DNA of 64,000 nucleotides from Lytechinus pictus. Taxonomy: Eukaryota. Below the pieces are notes generated by a model. The model saw nothing but the letters and a program-made list of their open reading frames with translations, was not told the origin of the DNA and made no database searches. This document shows positions 54,101-62,329 of the stretch, one piece after another. The translations under genes were made by a program, and so were the position numbers. The stretch covers positions 8,558,001-8,622,000 of the forward strand of contig NC_087251.1 in NCBI RefSeq assembly GCF_037042905.1, written 5' to 3'. Every line of letters begins with the position of its first letter. The first letter of the stretch is position 1.

Positions 54101-57100
54101 GAAAACTTTATTGTAGTATATAGACAATACAATAATAACCAAATTCTACATCATCTGAATCCTTTTCAACTTTGAACCTGCAGTGATACAGCAGTAATTA
54201 GATCACCTGATTGTGTGTAAATCACATGATACATTACCCTGATGATAGCCCAGAGATCAGATCAAGTTTGAACTTGTTAGTTGTCCAAAATATTTAAATG
54301 ATCAATAACAAAAGCATAAATAGTACATGTTCAAACAAATCACCTGTAACCACATGATATTTTTTCCTCTATTTTTATGTCCCCCACTCCTGATACAAAT
54401 ACTCTGAAAAGCCATTTTGAAAGTGACTTCTACAATGAGCATGCTTGCAAAGAATGCTACCCAAGTCCTAATAACTGCTTAGATTTCAGTTAATAAAAAG
54501 GCTGAGTAATAGATTCATATTAAAATCATACCCAATTTACCCCTCCATAGTTTTTCCTGAATTCAAGAAAGAGAGTTGATGCTATCCCATCTTTTGTACT
54601 CTTAAAATTTCAAGTGATTTTAATGGAAAGTGTGATAATGGGAGAACATTAAACATGTATGTTTGCAAACACGGTTGTTCTAATAGATGGATACCTGATA
54701 TGAGTGACTGATTTCTTAGTATCCAACCTTTTTCCAGGATGTGTGAAGAGTGCAAAGGAAACTGCTAACTTCCTGCATGCACAGTTCATTTATAATTCAA
54801 TATTTCAATAATTTTATTGCACGTCTTCTGAATGAAAGCTTACATTGATCGTATTTCCGTCTGTACAGTGTAAACTTTTATTGGTTGTCAACTGGTATAT
54901 TGTTTTATTATCTTATTGATGTCTTTGATTCAGTATTTATGTTAAGATTTATAGAGTGCTGTATACAATATTTTCCAAGCACACAGGAGGGCTGACTAAA
55001 TATTAACACTATTTGAAGGAAGAAAACAAAAATGCATTTTTAGTGTTTACTCAAATATCTCCCCTCTATTTCTTTGAATTTGTTTGCTCACAGATGCTCA
55101 CTCATCAGCTAATTCATTTTGATTTTCAAAAAGGTTTAGTGTAATAATGTATTAAGAAAATCATGATTTTAATTGATAATAAAGATAATGAATGTACAGA
55201 AAAGTTGTGTATGAGGTGTTCCTATCTCATTTAAATTGTTAAATTACATTAAAATTTAAATTAACAAATTTATCTGTAAATGGAAAATGCTCTTTTTGCA
55301 TATAAAGCAAGTCAATTTCAGAATCAAAATTTTTACTTTTCTGTGCTATATGCTGACTTGATAAGAACTTACAATGGTCTGCTTTTTTCTATTTATTGAA
55401 GGGAAAAATCATTATGATATGATTAGCAAATCATGCACCTTTGCTGTAGACATACATGTCTGTATTCTTTCCTGGGGAGCATTTCATAAAAGGACTTACA
55501 GTCAGACGTTTTATCCGACAAATCCTGTTTTATCCAACAGTCACTATAGTAACAGTGCTTTTCATCCAATCAAAATCAAGGAAAGTTATCAGATCTGACA
55601 ACTTATCAGACAAAAAGTTTATGAAACTCTTCCCTGGTTTGTGTTTTCAGGTTAATCGTAATCTTGTCTACATCAAAGAGTTCACTATAAATCTTGATTC
55701 AATTGAAGTTTGAACTTTTACCTTGGTTATAGTATTGCAGTTATTTTCATTCTTATTAGATATTTTTCTAAAATTGATCACACTGTCCATCTAAAGAGTA
55801 AACAGGAACCATTGGGGTCTTCTGGTAATGTACTCATATCCTGAATGCCAGTATGGTAGTGATAAAAGTTGGAAAAACATGTTATTGATCAGTGAAATAT
55901 CAGTCAGGGTACACGTAACCCAGGAGAAACTAAACTGGGATGAGGTTTTGAGTTTTAAGCAACATTGGTATGGTCAATGTAAGAGGAAATGCATAGATGC
56001 AAGTCATTGGGGAAAAAAATGATTATACCCTTGATGTTAATATATGAAAAAACTATTTTTTCTGATGTTTAGGGAGATTCTAAGAAGATGATATATAAGA
56101 TTCTAAAGTTAGGTTTGATACTTCACAGATTTTATTTTTACTCCAGCTTTAGCTCATTTATATTGGTCAAGTTCATGTACGTTTGATGAAATAAGTGTCT
56201 AAATTTACAGTGTGTAATTTCTCTTTTGAGGGTTATAAGATAAAACTATATATCCTATTATTGCTTACAATTTTTTTTTGCTGTTAAAAGTGTTATTCAT
56301 TTCACATTGTTTAGATTTATACATGTATCTTTATCCTATGCATGATTTATAGTTTTAGAATTTATAATGTACAATTACAGGGAGATACTTTTATTCAAAT
56401 ATTAACAAGACATAGTGTGTTAATTCAAAGGGGTATTCCAGATTGAAAATAATATGATTTGAACAGATAAAGCAAAATCTGACAATTTTATCAATATCAG
56501 AAAATGAATGAAAAAGTTACGACATTTTAAAGTTTTACATTATTTCAGTGAAGTGGTTCTATGCATGTCTTCATTAATATTAATTGAACAAGCTGATGAT
56601 TCTTTTCTATTTTATTATATACTGTATGAAATTATTTTATCCTCTCAAGAATGAAATAAATTAGATTGACTACTGATTTAATGTGTAAGATAATCATTCC
56701 TGCAACATATTTTATTACATGGGAGATGTGCTTTACAAACACATGTATGAAATTATGATAGAATTATAATTTCATTCAATAACATTAAGAAAAGGGAAAG
56801 TCAGGACATGACGTCATCAACCCACCTATTGCATATTCATGATGAAAATATTGCTAAAACCTTAGAATTCAATAACTTTGTTATCAGATTTTGATGAAAT
56901 ATTCAGTGTTTTTCTTGGTGAATTATACTCTATTTCTGTAGGTATAATTATTACTTTCAGCCCAGAGTACCCCTTTAAGCCCTTATATGTACATTTCCAT
57001 TGTTATGAAACATGCAATAATAATTGTAAATTACTAGTATTGATTCTTTATGCGTGTGTTTTTTTCATATGAAGAAATTTAATGAAACCTTGTTTTTTTT

Positions 57101-60100
57101 TATTTTATTTTTTTATCCAGGAATGTAGAGTCAGGTGAAAGTGTCCTGGACCTAGTGGTCAGTGGATTGGTCATTCTCAACATGACCAGTGGTCATCTTA
57201 TCAAAGAAATACCATTACACTTATCAAAGGTCAGTGAGAATCACTTAGTAATACTTTTATATCTGTATCTGTATTTTTCACTTGTGTTGATTATCAAACA
57301 ATAGATTCATTATCAAATGTTGAAGGTTATCATCTGTTCAATGTTAGTTAAAGTGAATATTATGATTAAACAATTTTGATGGTGTGTCCCTCCCTTCCCC
57401 CACCATTTGCAAGTCTAAAGATGTTGACTACTATACTATTGTGTCTGCACATAAAGACCTAAATTATGGAAATAATTACCCATGATAAGGTTAATGATTG
57501 AAAATGAATGTGAAAATATCAGCACATATATATTTTGGTTGTAGACTGAGACAGAAATATTAAGTTTTATTCTTAATGAGTGTAATCATTAATAAAAGAC
57601 AGGCTTGAATTTAGAATAAAAGTTTATTTCTTACAATAGTTTATCAAACAATAGTTTAAACTGGTGAAAGTGGACTAAGATATTAAGAATAAGATACAAT
57701 TCATGTTGATGTCAAAAGAAAACATATGAACAGTCAGGAATATGTGTACTTGTACATTTAAAAACCCAGGAAAGTGGCTAACATGATCCATTGTTTTGAA
57801 TAAACCTGTGTGAATACATGCCATTGTTAAACCTATACTGCACTATGGGTATGAAAAAAAAACATTCATATTGAGAGACCTCCATATGGAAAGTACATAG
57901 CTAAGGATACTGAACCTTTTTGATTGCTTTCTATCCTTGCCAGCAATCAGATCCATTCCCAGCCTATCTGTTATATCCTCCCACCATCGTTGACCTGGAC
58001 AATCGTCATGGACCAACAGAGGTCATCATAGCAACCACATCAGGTCTACTGCACGTTGTCGATATCAAGGGACAGGCAAGATCAGGTTTCCCTCTACGGC
58101 TAGAGGGAGGGGCCATCATGGGACAGGTCAGTTTTTTGTCTCGCCTGCATGGCAGAGCGAGACTATAGGCGCCGCTTTTCCAACGGCGGCGTCAACATCA
58201 AATCTTAACCTAAGGTTAAGTTTTTGAAATGACATCATAACTTCTTTATTCCTTAGTTTCAGATCACATGACCAAGCTCAAACTTCATTTAGGGTCAATG
58301 AACTTAGACCATGTTGGGAGAATTATTTTCAAAATCTTAACTGTTCGGTTAAGTTTTCGAAATGACATCATAACTTAGAAAGTATATGGACCTAGTTCAT
58401 GAAACTTGGGCATAAGCCATAAGGTTAATCAAGTATTAGTGAACATTCTGCTTGAGTTTCAGGTCACATGACCAAGGTCAAATGTCATTTAGGGTCAATG
58501 AACTTTGGTCAATTTGAGGGTATTTGTTGAATTACTATCGTAACTTTGAAATTTATGGATCTAGTTCATGAAACTTGGACATAAGGTTAATCAAGTATTA
58601 GTGAACATCCTGCCTGAGTTTCAGGTTACATGACCAAGGTCAAAGGTCATTTAGGGTCAATGAACTTTGGCCAAGTTGGGGGTATTTGTTGAATTACCAT
58701 CATAACTTTGAAAATTTATGGATCTAGTTCATGAAACTTGGACATTAGGTTAATCAAATACCACTGCATATCCTGTGCGAGTTTCAGGTCACATGACCAT
58801 GGTCAATGGTCATTTAAGGTCAATGAACTTTGTCCGTGTTGGGGGTACTTGTTGAATTAACATCCTAACTCTGATAGTTAATGGATCTAGTTCATAAAAC
58901 TGGGATATAAGAGTAATCAAGTATCACTGAACATCTCCTGTGAGTTTCAGGTCACAAAACCAAGGTCAAAGGTCAGTTAAGGTCAATGAAATTAGGCCAT
59001 GTTGGGGTAATTGTTGAATTGCCATCATAACTTTGAAAGTTTATGGATAGAGTGAATGAAATGTAGACATGGGTGTAGTTGACAAGTCTTAAGTCACCAT
59101 TCAAATGTCATTTATGGTCAATGAACGTGGTATTATGTCATTATATGAATGGTGTTTTTGTGAATGATTATTTTATAGTAGTTTTCAAAGTTAGCACTGC
59201 TGCTATATTAAATCGCGTAATGCAGGCGAGATTGCCAGAGGCATTCCACTTGTTTATGATTCATTTAATGAATTTTAAAGTATAAAAAATTGTACTGTAC
59301 GAAGTAAGATTTCGTAGAGCTAGAGAGAAAATGTTAAATAGTTTATTTATATGGGCTTTCAAGGTTTGTATGTGGAGAAACTAGATGATTTTTGTATTAG
59401 TCATGATAAGGACCAGGTTTTTTTATTCTTTTGATAAGTTTTTGAAAAAGAAATGTTTTTCTCAAGCATCATCCAACTTTTTGTTTAACATTATGTTAAA
59501 TGCGACTTATATCACACCTCTTTTGGGCATTATATTTTCAGTATGACTCAATGACCTGCAAATTTTTACAGAGCTAAATATTATTCCCAAGTCATAAAAT
59601 TGTCAAAGAAAACAATTTAACTATGACTTTTAATATTGAAGTCTTGCTTCTATCACTCAAGGGTCATTCCATGTCAAATCACCCAATGGGTTTAACCCGA
59701 CCATTTTTTATTTTGATAAAAATTGGTATACTTGTTAAGTGTGATCCCACAGTACCAAATTTCAAATTTTAGGTCAATCGGGCCAGGGGTTAACGAGATA
59801 CGGCCCGTTGAATTTCGAGATTTTCTGCAAAAATGGGTGTGGACACCTACATGTACCTTTGAACCCTCATATCTCAAAAACCACTGGGCCAATCTTCACA
59901 AACTGGGTATAGATGGAAAGGGAATTAATTAAGGATTCCAAATCTGCCATCACTTATAAGATTGAAACATCCTGAGGTGTTTTGACAGTTTGACCTTGAC
60001 ATTATTTTTCATGAAATGTAAGCCTCGACATGTTCTTTACAATATATAAAAGTTTCAGAGACGCAATATTTTTTGTTCAGGAGCAAATAAAATTGAAACT

Positions 60101-60193
60101 ATGCATACCACCAGAAAATTCATAGCGAACAGTATATAATGCATACCAAATACATGCAATATGCACTGCATCAACTTCCATCATGCTCTTCCG

Positions 60194-60235
<42 letters not shown>

Positions 60236-62329
60236 ATAGGGCCTACATTACATCCATTCATTCTATAATAGCAGTACTTGGAAAGATACATGTAAAGGCA
60301 TGAGTGATCTTTTTTTTTAAATCAGGGGATGCGGAAACGGTGGGGGAGGGGAGGCTGCCGGGGGCTTAAGCTTTCGCACTTTTTTTCAAAAACCGTGTAC
60401 AAGAACAATAAAAATAACCATATGATTATGATTTTTTCATGGTTGGCCCCCCCCCCCCCCCCACTTTCGGCTAAGCCCCTCACTTTCAAAACAATTCCGC
60501 GGCTTGTAATTTATGCTTGCCTATTTTAACGTTCCGTCAAAATCTATTAATATTCGGGCCATTACTGTGAGCACATGTATGTTTATGTAGATACATGTAT
60601 TCATTAAAAACAAAAAGTAATTGATAGTTGATACTGAATTTTCTTGAAAATAGTAGTATTCACTCAGCATTGATTGGTTGAACACAAGATGTCAGAGGTT
60701 GATTTATCAAGTATTATCCACCACAGTCTATGCTTTTCTGAATTGAGCCAAGGTCTTGATTACAGGAACTGGTCAGTGTGATATGTGTGTGTTAATAAGA
60801 AAAATAAAATAATGTCAAGGTCAATTTCAAGGTCAAAACTTAGGTCAAAGTGTCAAAACACCTCAAGATGTTCTAATCTTAAAAATGATAGCAGATTTAA
60901 AATCCTTATTCTATCCCTTTTCCAACAATACCCATTTTGTGAAGATTGGCCCAGTGGTTTTTGAGATATGAGGGTTCAAATGTAGGCGGTCATTACAATT
61001 TTTGGCGAAAATCTTGAAATTCAACGGGCCGTATCTCGCGAACCCCTGACCCGATTGACCTAAAATTTTAAATTTGGTACGGCGGGATCACATTAAATAA
61101 GTATACCAATTTTTTTCAAAATTAAAAATGGTCGGGTTAAATTTTTTTATTATTTTTGGGTGATTTGACATAGAATGACCCTCAATCGTCCAAGTATTGG
61201 CTTTGCCATTCATTACAAGTGTTTGCCACAGGTTTATTGACTCAAATAAACAAAAATGAAATCTAGAACAACTTCATCTTGAGCTATCATTTATCATTCT
61301 TGTAATATTATTCCAATATTTGAATCATACTAGTGATTCTTCATAAAAGGGTGCATAGGACGGTAATAAGGTAATATCACCAGTTCTGACACATTTTCAT
61401 GAATTTATACAAACTTTGAAAACAGATCACTGTTGATGATTTGGACAGTGATGGCATCCTGGAGATGATTGTCCTCCAGACATCTGGTGATGTCACATGT
61501 CTCAGTCGCCATGGTGACAAAGTGTGGTCTTCCAAGATATCAGGTGGTTCCATGCCTGGATCCAGATTGGCTGATCTTGATGGTGATGGTGTGATGGATG
61601 TTATCATACCTACAAGTGATGGGTAGGAATGCAAACACCTTTTTTTCTGTGCAGTAGAAATGATTCTTGCTAACAATACAAAGATTCACCTAGCATTTCT
61701 TGAGATAGTTTCATGCTTAAAAAATGTGGGATTTTTTTTTTTTACTTTTAGACATTTAGTTGTAAATTTTACCTTAACTACATTTGTATTTTGTTTTCAT
61801 GTAATGGTTGCTTATTTTACTTAAACATTGAAAGTACATTTTGAATAAGCTGTGGGGTTCAGGGAAACTGAAAGGTTGCTTTGAATTGAATTAAAATATT
61901 TTCTTAATTGTAACTTTTGTATTTTGTAATATTTGTTAAACTTTATCCCTTTTTGCTGTTCACTTTCAGAAAGTATAAAATGAAATAAGATGAAATTTCC
62001 TTTAATTGAAAATGAGTTGATTTTTCATTATCCATTCAAGTTAACTGTGTTAGGTGTTCTTTAACTTTGTTGATTATGGTAAGATATCACAAATAATATA
62101 GTGTAAACCAATCTTCTGTTCTTAGACCCATGTCACTTTAATGCAAGCAGCATTGTTGCTAATGTTCTCTAAATTCATGTTTAATTCTAATAACCCTTAC
62201 AGGAATGTTTGGGCATTATCAGGCAAGACTGGTACCCATTTACATCATTGGCCTGTGTACGTTGGAAGCAGACTTGTATCAAATATTGTAATCACCAGTC
62301 TCATAAAGTCATCTCGACATCCAGTTGTG
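14524..62329 (+). CDS. DEX1: FG-GAP/VCBS-repeat (beta-propeller) secreted or membrane protein, DEX1 (Defective in Exine Formation 1)-like; multi-exon, 3' incomplete
   Basis: Exons 14524-14624, 23846-24071, 25568-25675, 46202-46303, 49875-50002, 57121-57229, 57944-58126, 61426-61622 and 62203-62329 join in frame through GT-AG introns (phases 2,0,0,0,2,0,0,2). The protein has a signal peptide, several DxDxDG loops, and the motifs STVHSSPMLYDVDSDG and DAHILATPRLADLDGDG..PVSYY that I recall from plant DEX1. Confidence 0.8.
14964..16514. mobile_element. Kolobok-type MITE (same family as 11424-11872), left tip eroded, split by a nested insertion
   Basis: 14964-15180 and 16239-16514 align to the two halves of the 11424 copy; right end GGTGAACTTCCCCT|TTAA. 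Confidence 0.75.
15181..16238. mobile_element. Nested ~1.06-kb non-autonomous TIR element flanked by TA
   Basis: TA|TGATAGTGGGCCCCAAGTCTGCGCA ... TGCGCAGACTTGGGGGAACTTGCCA|TA; internal CACTAGTATTCAACC motifs face inward from both halves. Confidence 0.75.
16586..17453. mobile_element. CCCGGGGG-ended MITE with 8-bp TSD (CACCTACC)
   Basis: CCCGGGGGGTCACTCTCCACATGG ... CCATGTGGAGAGTGAC(C)nGGG; TSD at 16578-16585 and 17454-17461; subterminal ACCCTAAA repeats. Confidence 0.85.
17521..18083. mobile_element. CCCGGGGG-ended MITE with 8-bp TSD (GAAAAAAT)
   Basis: ~45-bp TIR (CACTT..ATT.ACGAGTGGATACCATGC.CGACCA); TSD at 17513-17520 and 18084-18091. Confidence 0.85.
19042..19197. mobile_element. Short Harbinger-type MITE
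   Basis: AGGGCCAGTTTCATGAAGAGTT.CAACTG ... CAGTTG.AACTCTTTATGAAATGGGCCCT inverted ends; TSD unclear. Confidence 0.65.
19296..19899. mobile_element. TTAA-specific MITE, Kolobok-type
   Basis: TTAA|AGGGATGGTCCGG ... CTGGACCATCTTT|TTAA; same family as 21625-22229 and 56429-56974. Confidence 0.8.
20040..20150 (-). mobile_element. Degraded tRNA-derived SINE head
   Basis: The minus strand reads GGTGACGTAGCTCAGTCACTTAGAAA (A-box-like) and GGGTTAGAGTCCC (B-box-like). Confidence 0.4.
20286..21453 (+). mobile_element. Helentron/HINE-type non-autonomous rolling-circle element with internal tandem repeats
   Basis: T-run ends, subterminal IR AGCTCATCCGGC ... GCCGGATGAGCT, 5' stem-loop, 3' hairpin CACATCATTGATGTG followed by CTAGTTT, and internal ~150-330-bp degenerate repeats. 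Confidence 0.7.
21625..22229. mobile_element. TTAA-specific MITE, Kolobok-type
   Basis: TTAA|AGGGATGCTCCGG ... CCGGAGTATCCCT|TTAA. Confidence 0.8.
22244..23575 (+). mobile_element. Helentron/HINE-type element carrying a ~180-bp tandem array (copy 1 of 3)
   Basis: Subterminal IR GTCTCGCCTGCAT ... ATGCAGGCGAGAC, T-rich ends, and about six units containing GGTCACATGACCAAGGTCAAAGGTCA. Confidence 0.7.
23846..24071 (+). CDS. DEX1-like exon 2
   Basis: ttctag acceptor; encodes SSPLVADINADGTLDII...WPYQFPNSTVHSSPML; donor GTATGT. Confidence 0.9.
24574..25357. mobile_element. PIF/Harbinger-type MITE related to 13491-14320
   Basis: GGGCCGTATTCTGAAAATTGTCTTAA ... TTAAGACAATTTTCAGAATACCACCC; flanks CTG and CAG. 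Confidence 0.75.
25568..25675 (+). CDS. DEX1-like exon 3
   Basis: tttag acceptor; encodes YDVDSDGLPEVVVFTTDGEINYFKIDGTFLPDKTVQ; donor GTAC. Confidence 0.9.
26520..26945 (+). repeat. ~150-bp tandem repeat, each unit with GTTACCATGGCAAC
   Basis: Motif at 26544, 26702 and 26849; the units align. The following unit is interrupted by two insertions. Confidence 0.75.
26950..27344. mobile_element. TTAA-specific MITE, Kolobok-type, nested
   Basis: TTAA|AGCTAAATTACAGT ... ACTGGAATTTACCT|TTAA; removing it restores the repeat-unit sequence GGTTAAAAACTGAGGAAGTAG seen near 26640. Confidence 0.75.
27385..28926 (+). repeat. 5' LTR (1542 bp)
   Basis: Direct repeat of 35061-36602 at constant offset 7676; contains CCAAT boxes, TATAAAA at 27721 and a (GA)n tract. 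Confidence 0.97.
28957..34785 (+). CDS. BEL/Pao Gag-Pol polyprotein, 1942 aa (Gag, three Cys/His knuckles, aspartic protease, RT, RNase H, integrase)
   Basis: FDGNPLDY gag motif; CLCC..H..C, CDNC..H..C and C..C..HHTLLH knuckles; ALLDEGSD protease; WYLPHHPV..KVRVVFD and FYVDD RT; FCDAS and IPRLEL RNase H; H-H-C-C plus DFFGP, SDNGTNF and WERVIR integrase; LTPNHLL and WPLG C-terminus. Confidence 0.97.
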   Translation: MADSDFSNDDNVTSLKHSCRGYIGTLSRLYKELEVLMADFEKKDAVVQRHLQLERVFTSYKEKSDEYISELSGAEAEAASEKFERNVENNREFRVRLQDWMEAAEKRVDVGGRSADVDGDVDDDRRSVRSSRSSSSKASRFTVASSTSSARLREARAKAAVARLNRQHMVKAHELKQEQLKLEQKLAAMEADKDIAAAEVELQCLEEESDDECQVRVDKSIKVHVNDSTFNDVKTRDNRYSLDEAAHVPMVTNLNPNAPEYTGKGVKVESVKGDGAAISNMTQMFNAMDLVMNMPKPEMKVFDGNPLDYCAFISSFDATVASKISDDRAKLTYLIQYCSSKAKDSIENCVFLGSQTGYQKARDILENQFGQPYMVATAHMKKVLSRQPIRPNDGEALWDLARGMRKCQMVLSQGNYRADMDSTENLLRIQQLLPVHLQSEWARRAHSMMTRFMAPTFEAMTMFIEESAQLSSNLFGQNIGKSKNKPSDKSSKPKGGFKVTTMSTQSNPTAGKGKSKAKSDRSCLCCSGRHNLEDCRNFVKKSFEERRNITRKHKLCDNCFRPSHMSSGCMMKSRCTEKGCQRKHHTLLHAPASFFKERKLDKANPKKSSNSQESNSDTGAGSSDEEASSREAGDCYSSVTSQRKVSLRVLPVKVQGNGREVQTWALLDEGSDISICSKDLVRDLGMTGSPRRIQLTTVNGVDSQQGEEVSLKVRDIHDKEELDIPRVWTVKSLPLSDSLIPDNKDLLKWRHLRGIEFPSIDAREVKLLIGADTPEAFWVLEQRRGKRKEPYAIRCPLGWTLMGPTTKSKETTAFHVNFARLEDERLQDQVKKFWELDHVVEDNPGRMGESIQDMRARELMRESIKLVDGHYEVGLPWKYPDPGLENNRHMAEVRLKYLERRLKKDSNLAVKYTETVQGYIEKGYAEKVPRQKKEANLQTSCIWYLPHHPVVHPHKPDKVRVVFDCAAKYRGTSLNDTLLQGPDHTNSLVGVLLRFRQEPVAVVGDVEAMFHQVKVPKKDCDALRFLWWENGNLATEPVEYRMKVHLFGATSSPSCAGFALRRTAEDNRHEYDEDVVNTVLDNFYVDDCLKSVPSDKDGVRLVQQLRGLLQKGGFRLTKWVSNSREVLNSIPDTEKAPSVIDMDLDTLPIERTLGVLWDVDSDRFGFKVSLKDRPATRRGILSKVSSLYDPLGFLAPFILVAKVLLQGICQKGLAWDEPVDEKDLQTWQEWLDDLPRLTEIKIPRCLKPEILEDQVLYQLHYFCDASELGYAAVAYLRLEDSAGRIHCSFVCGKSRLSPLKVTSIPRLELAAAVLAVDMNHMIQEELRLPIATTTYWTDSTSVLMYIQNESRRFHTFVANRVAKIREVTELSQWRHVNTKLNPADDGSRGLKAQDLITNPRWLSGPDFLKQEEENWPSSPAILGELKKDDLEVKKDRVHVNTVVTNDSVQELLTRYSSWNRLKRAFAWVLRYKMFLRNRDAAARLPRGLTAEELKEAELEITKQVQLRSFPSEVMTGSGEPTRRQKASGPLDKLNPIITGGVLKVGGRLSRSTLAEDAKHPAILPRDNHVTDLIIQHYHEEVGHSGAVITLSAIRERFWIVRGGATVRKVLQRCMKCKRRSSRRGEQFMADLPAERVTPDKPPFTSTGVDFFGPFMVKRGRSEVKRYACLLTCLASRAVHIEIACSLDTDSFICALRRFINRRGKPDQVFSDNGTNFKGGHKELKESLAALNDSKVGNFLTQKGIEWRFNPPLASHMGGVWERVIRSVRKILGGLLHQQVMSDEALVTLMTEVEAILNARPLTPLSMDPKDEEPLTPNHLLLLRNNPSLPPGIFTKDESYGRRRWRHVQFIADQFWKRWVKEYLPLLQPRQKWTREKRNFEQDDLVLVADDNAPRGQWPLGKIVATYPDKQGRVRQVEVRIGSKYFRRPISKLCLLEEGKGAP
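35061..36602 (+). repeat. 3' LTR (1542 bp)
   Basis: No difference from the 5' LTR seen in spot checks; all three short ORFs are duplicated identically. Confidence 0.97.
36767..36979 (+). pseudogene. Truncated Myb/SANT-like DNA-binding protein (Harbinger ORF2, NAIF1-like)
   Basis: MEAEKKRKTNFTGGEKIALIAEIREREEIL...KEKAWAEIALKL fits the RKxNF...E...L...K..AW..I pattern; similarity is lost after about 55 aa; lies inside the Harbinger TIRs. Confidence 0.8.
39035..39494. mobile_element. hAT-type MITE
   Basis: Starts CAGGGATCCACAGT, degenerate right end AGTGTCGTGCTCT; 8-bp direct repeat ACTGATTG on both sides; repeated TTACTGGTC subterminal motifs. Confidence 0.65.
40512..40675. mobile_element. 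Short CACTGTAAAA-ended MITE relic
   Basis: CACTGTAAAA ... TTTTACTGTG with internal TGTTTAA repeats. Confidence 0.45.
42098..42939. mobile_element. P-superfamily-like MITE (31-bp perfect TIR, CATG ends, 7-bp TSD)
   Basis: ATTATAG|CATGGACCTATTACGAATGGACATTCAACGA ... TCGTTGAATGTCCATTCGTAATAGGTCCATG|ATTATAG. Confidence 0.85.
46202..46303 (+). CDS. DEX1-like exon 4
   Basis: AAG acceptor; encodes IPPLMVPKQWFKEQSRIDATISGFVRTLSEGGYQ; donor GTAAGT; phase 0/0. Confidence 0.75.
46993..47222 (+). mobile_element. 230-bp insert within a (TA)n microsatellite, probable Penelope-like element pseudo-LTR remnant
   Basis: CpG-containing block flanked on both sides by (TA)n; contains a hammerhead-like core followed directly by ATTAAA. 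Confidence 0.6.
47065..47118 (+). ncRNA. Minimal type I hammerhead ribozyme-like motif
   Basis: AGTTGC-CTGAAGA-T-CGCACCT(CACGT)AGGTTGCG-T-GAAA-CTC-A-GAG-TT-GCAATT: both conserved boxes, three helices, and predicted cleavage after GUU at 47112. Confidence 0.65.
48089..48452 (-). mobile_element. tRNA-derived SINE with (ATT)n tail
   Basis: On the minus strand: A box TGGCCCAGTGG, B box GGTTCGAATCC, central TGCTGCACTCAACCCAGGTG block, simple-repeat tail. Confidence 0.8.
48465..49030 (-). mobile_element. Degraded L2/CR1-group LINE 3' fragment
   Basis: Frameshifted minus-strand peptides TTKNLIYNVMLICSSIL and FTHACPIL..LPEDIK..SVESFKNVLKTF resemble an L2 ORF2 C-terminus, followed by a GCCTTGAG...GGCGC tail. 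Confidence 0.55.
49875..50002 (+). CDS. DEX1-like exon 5
   Basis: CT-rich tract plus CAG; encodes TNNFIACDAHILATPRLADLDGDGRKEELALPVSYYEELESP; donor GTAACT. Confidence 0.9.
50276..50541 (-). mobile_element. tRNA-derived SINE, older copy related to 48089-48452
   Basis: Shares GCATTCAAGGAAT...TCCTG, TCACCTG and AATGT.GATAAAT blocks; degenerate A and B boxes. Confidence 0.7.
52449..52720. mobile_element. Small MITE (possibly Harbinger-type)
   Basis: TGTTTCTACAGAGAATCGT ... ACGATTCTCTGTAGAAACA inverted ends, with two internal TGTTTCTACAG repeats. Confidence 0.7.
55475..55633. mobile_element. Short Harbinger-type MITE
   Basis: CTG|GGGAGCATTTCATAAA ... TTTATGAAACTCTTCC|CTG. Confidence 0.65.
56429..56974. 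mobile_element. TTAA-specific MITE, Kolobok-type, diverged copy
   Basis: TCAA|AGGGGTATTC ... GAGTACCCCT|TTAA; interior aligns to 19296 and 21625. Confidence 0.7.
57121..57229 (+). CDS. DEX1-like exon 6
   Basis: Long T tract plus CAG; encodes NVESGESVLDLVVSGLVILNMTSGHLIKEIPLHLSK; donor GTCAGT; phases fit both neighbours. Confidence 0.85.
57944..58126 (+). CDS. DEX1-like exon 7
   Basis: Encodes QSDPFPAYLLYPPTIVDLDNRHGPTEVIIATTSGLLHVVD...GFPLRLEGGAIMGQ; donor GTCAGT. Confidence 0.9.
58132..59255 (+). mobile_element. Helentron/HINE-type element with ~180-bp array (copy 2)
   Basis: Same ends and array as 22244-23575, with fewer units. Confidence 0.7.
59661..61181. mobile_element. Long-TIR non-autonomous DNA transposon with 4-bp TSD (TCAA), possibly Sola-type
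   Basis: TCAA|GGGTCATTCCATGTCAAATCACCCA ... TGGGTGATTTGACATAGAATGACCC|TCAA; imperfect TIRs of roughly 330 bp. Confidence 0.75.
61426..61622 (+). CDS. DEX1-like exon 8
   Basis: Encodes ITVDDLDSDGILEMIV...RLADLDGDGVMDVIIPTSDG, two FG-GAP-type loops; donor GTAGG. Confidence 0.9.
62203..62329 (+). CDS. DEX1-like exon 9
   Basis: ttacag acceptor; encodes NVWALSGKTGTHLHHWPVYVGSRLVSNIVIT...; donor GTAAGT. Confidence 0.85.
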
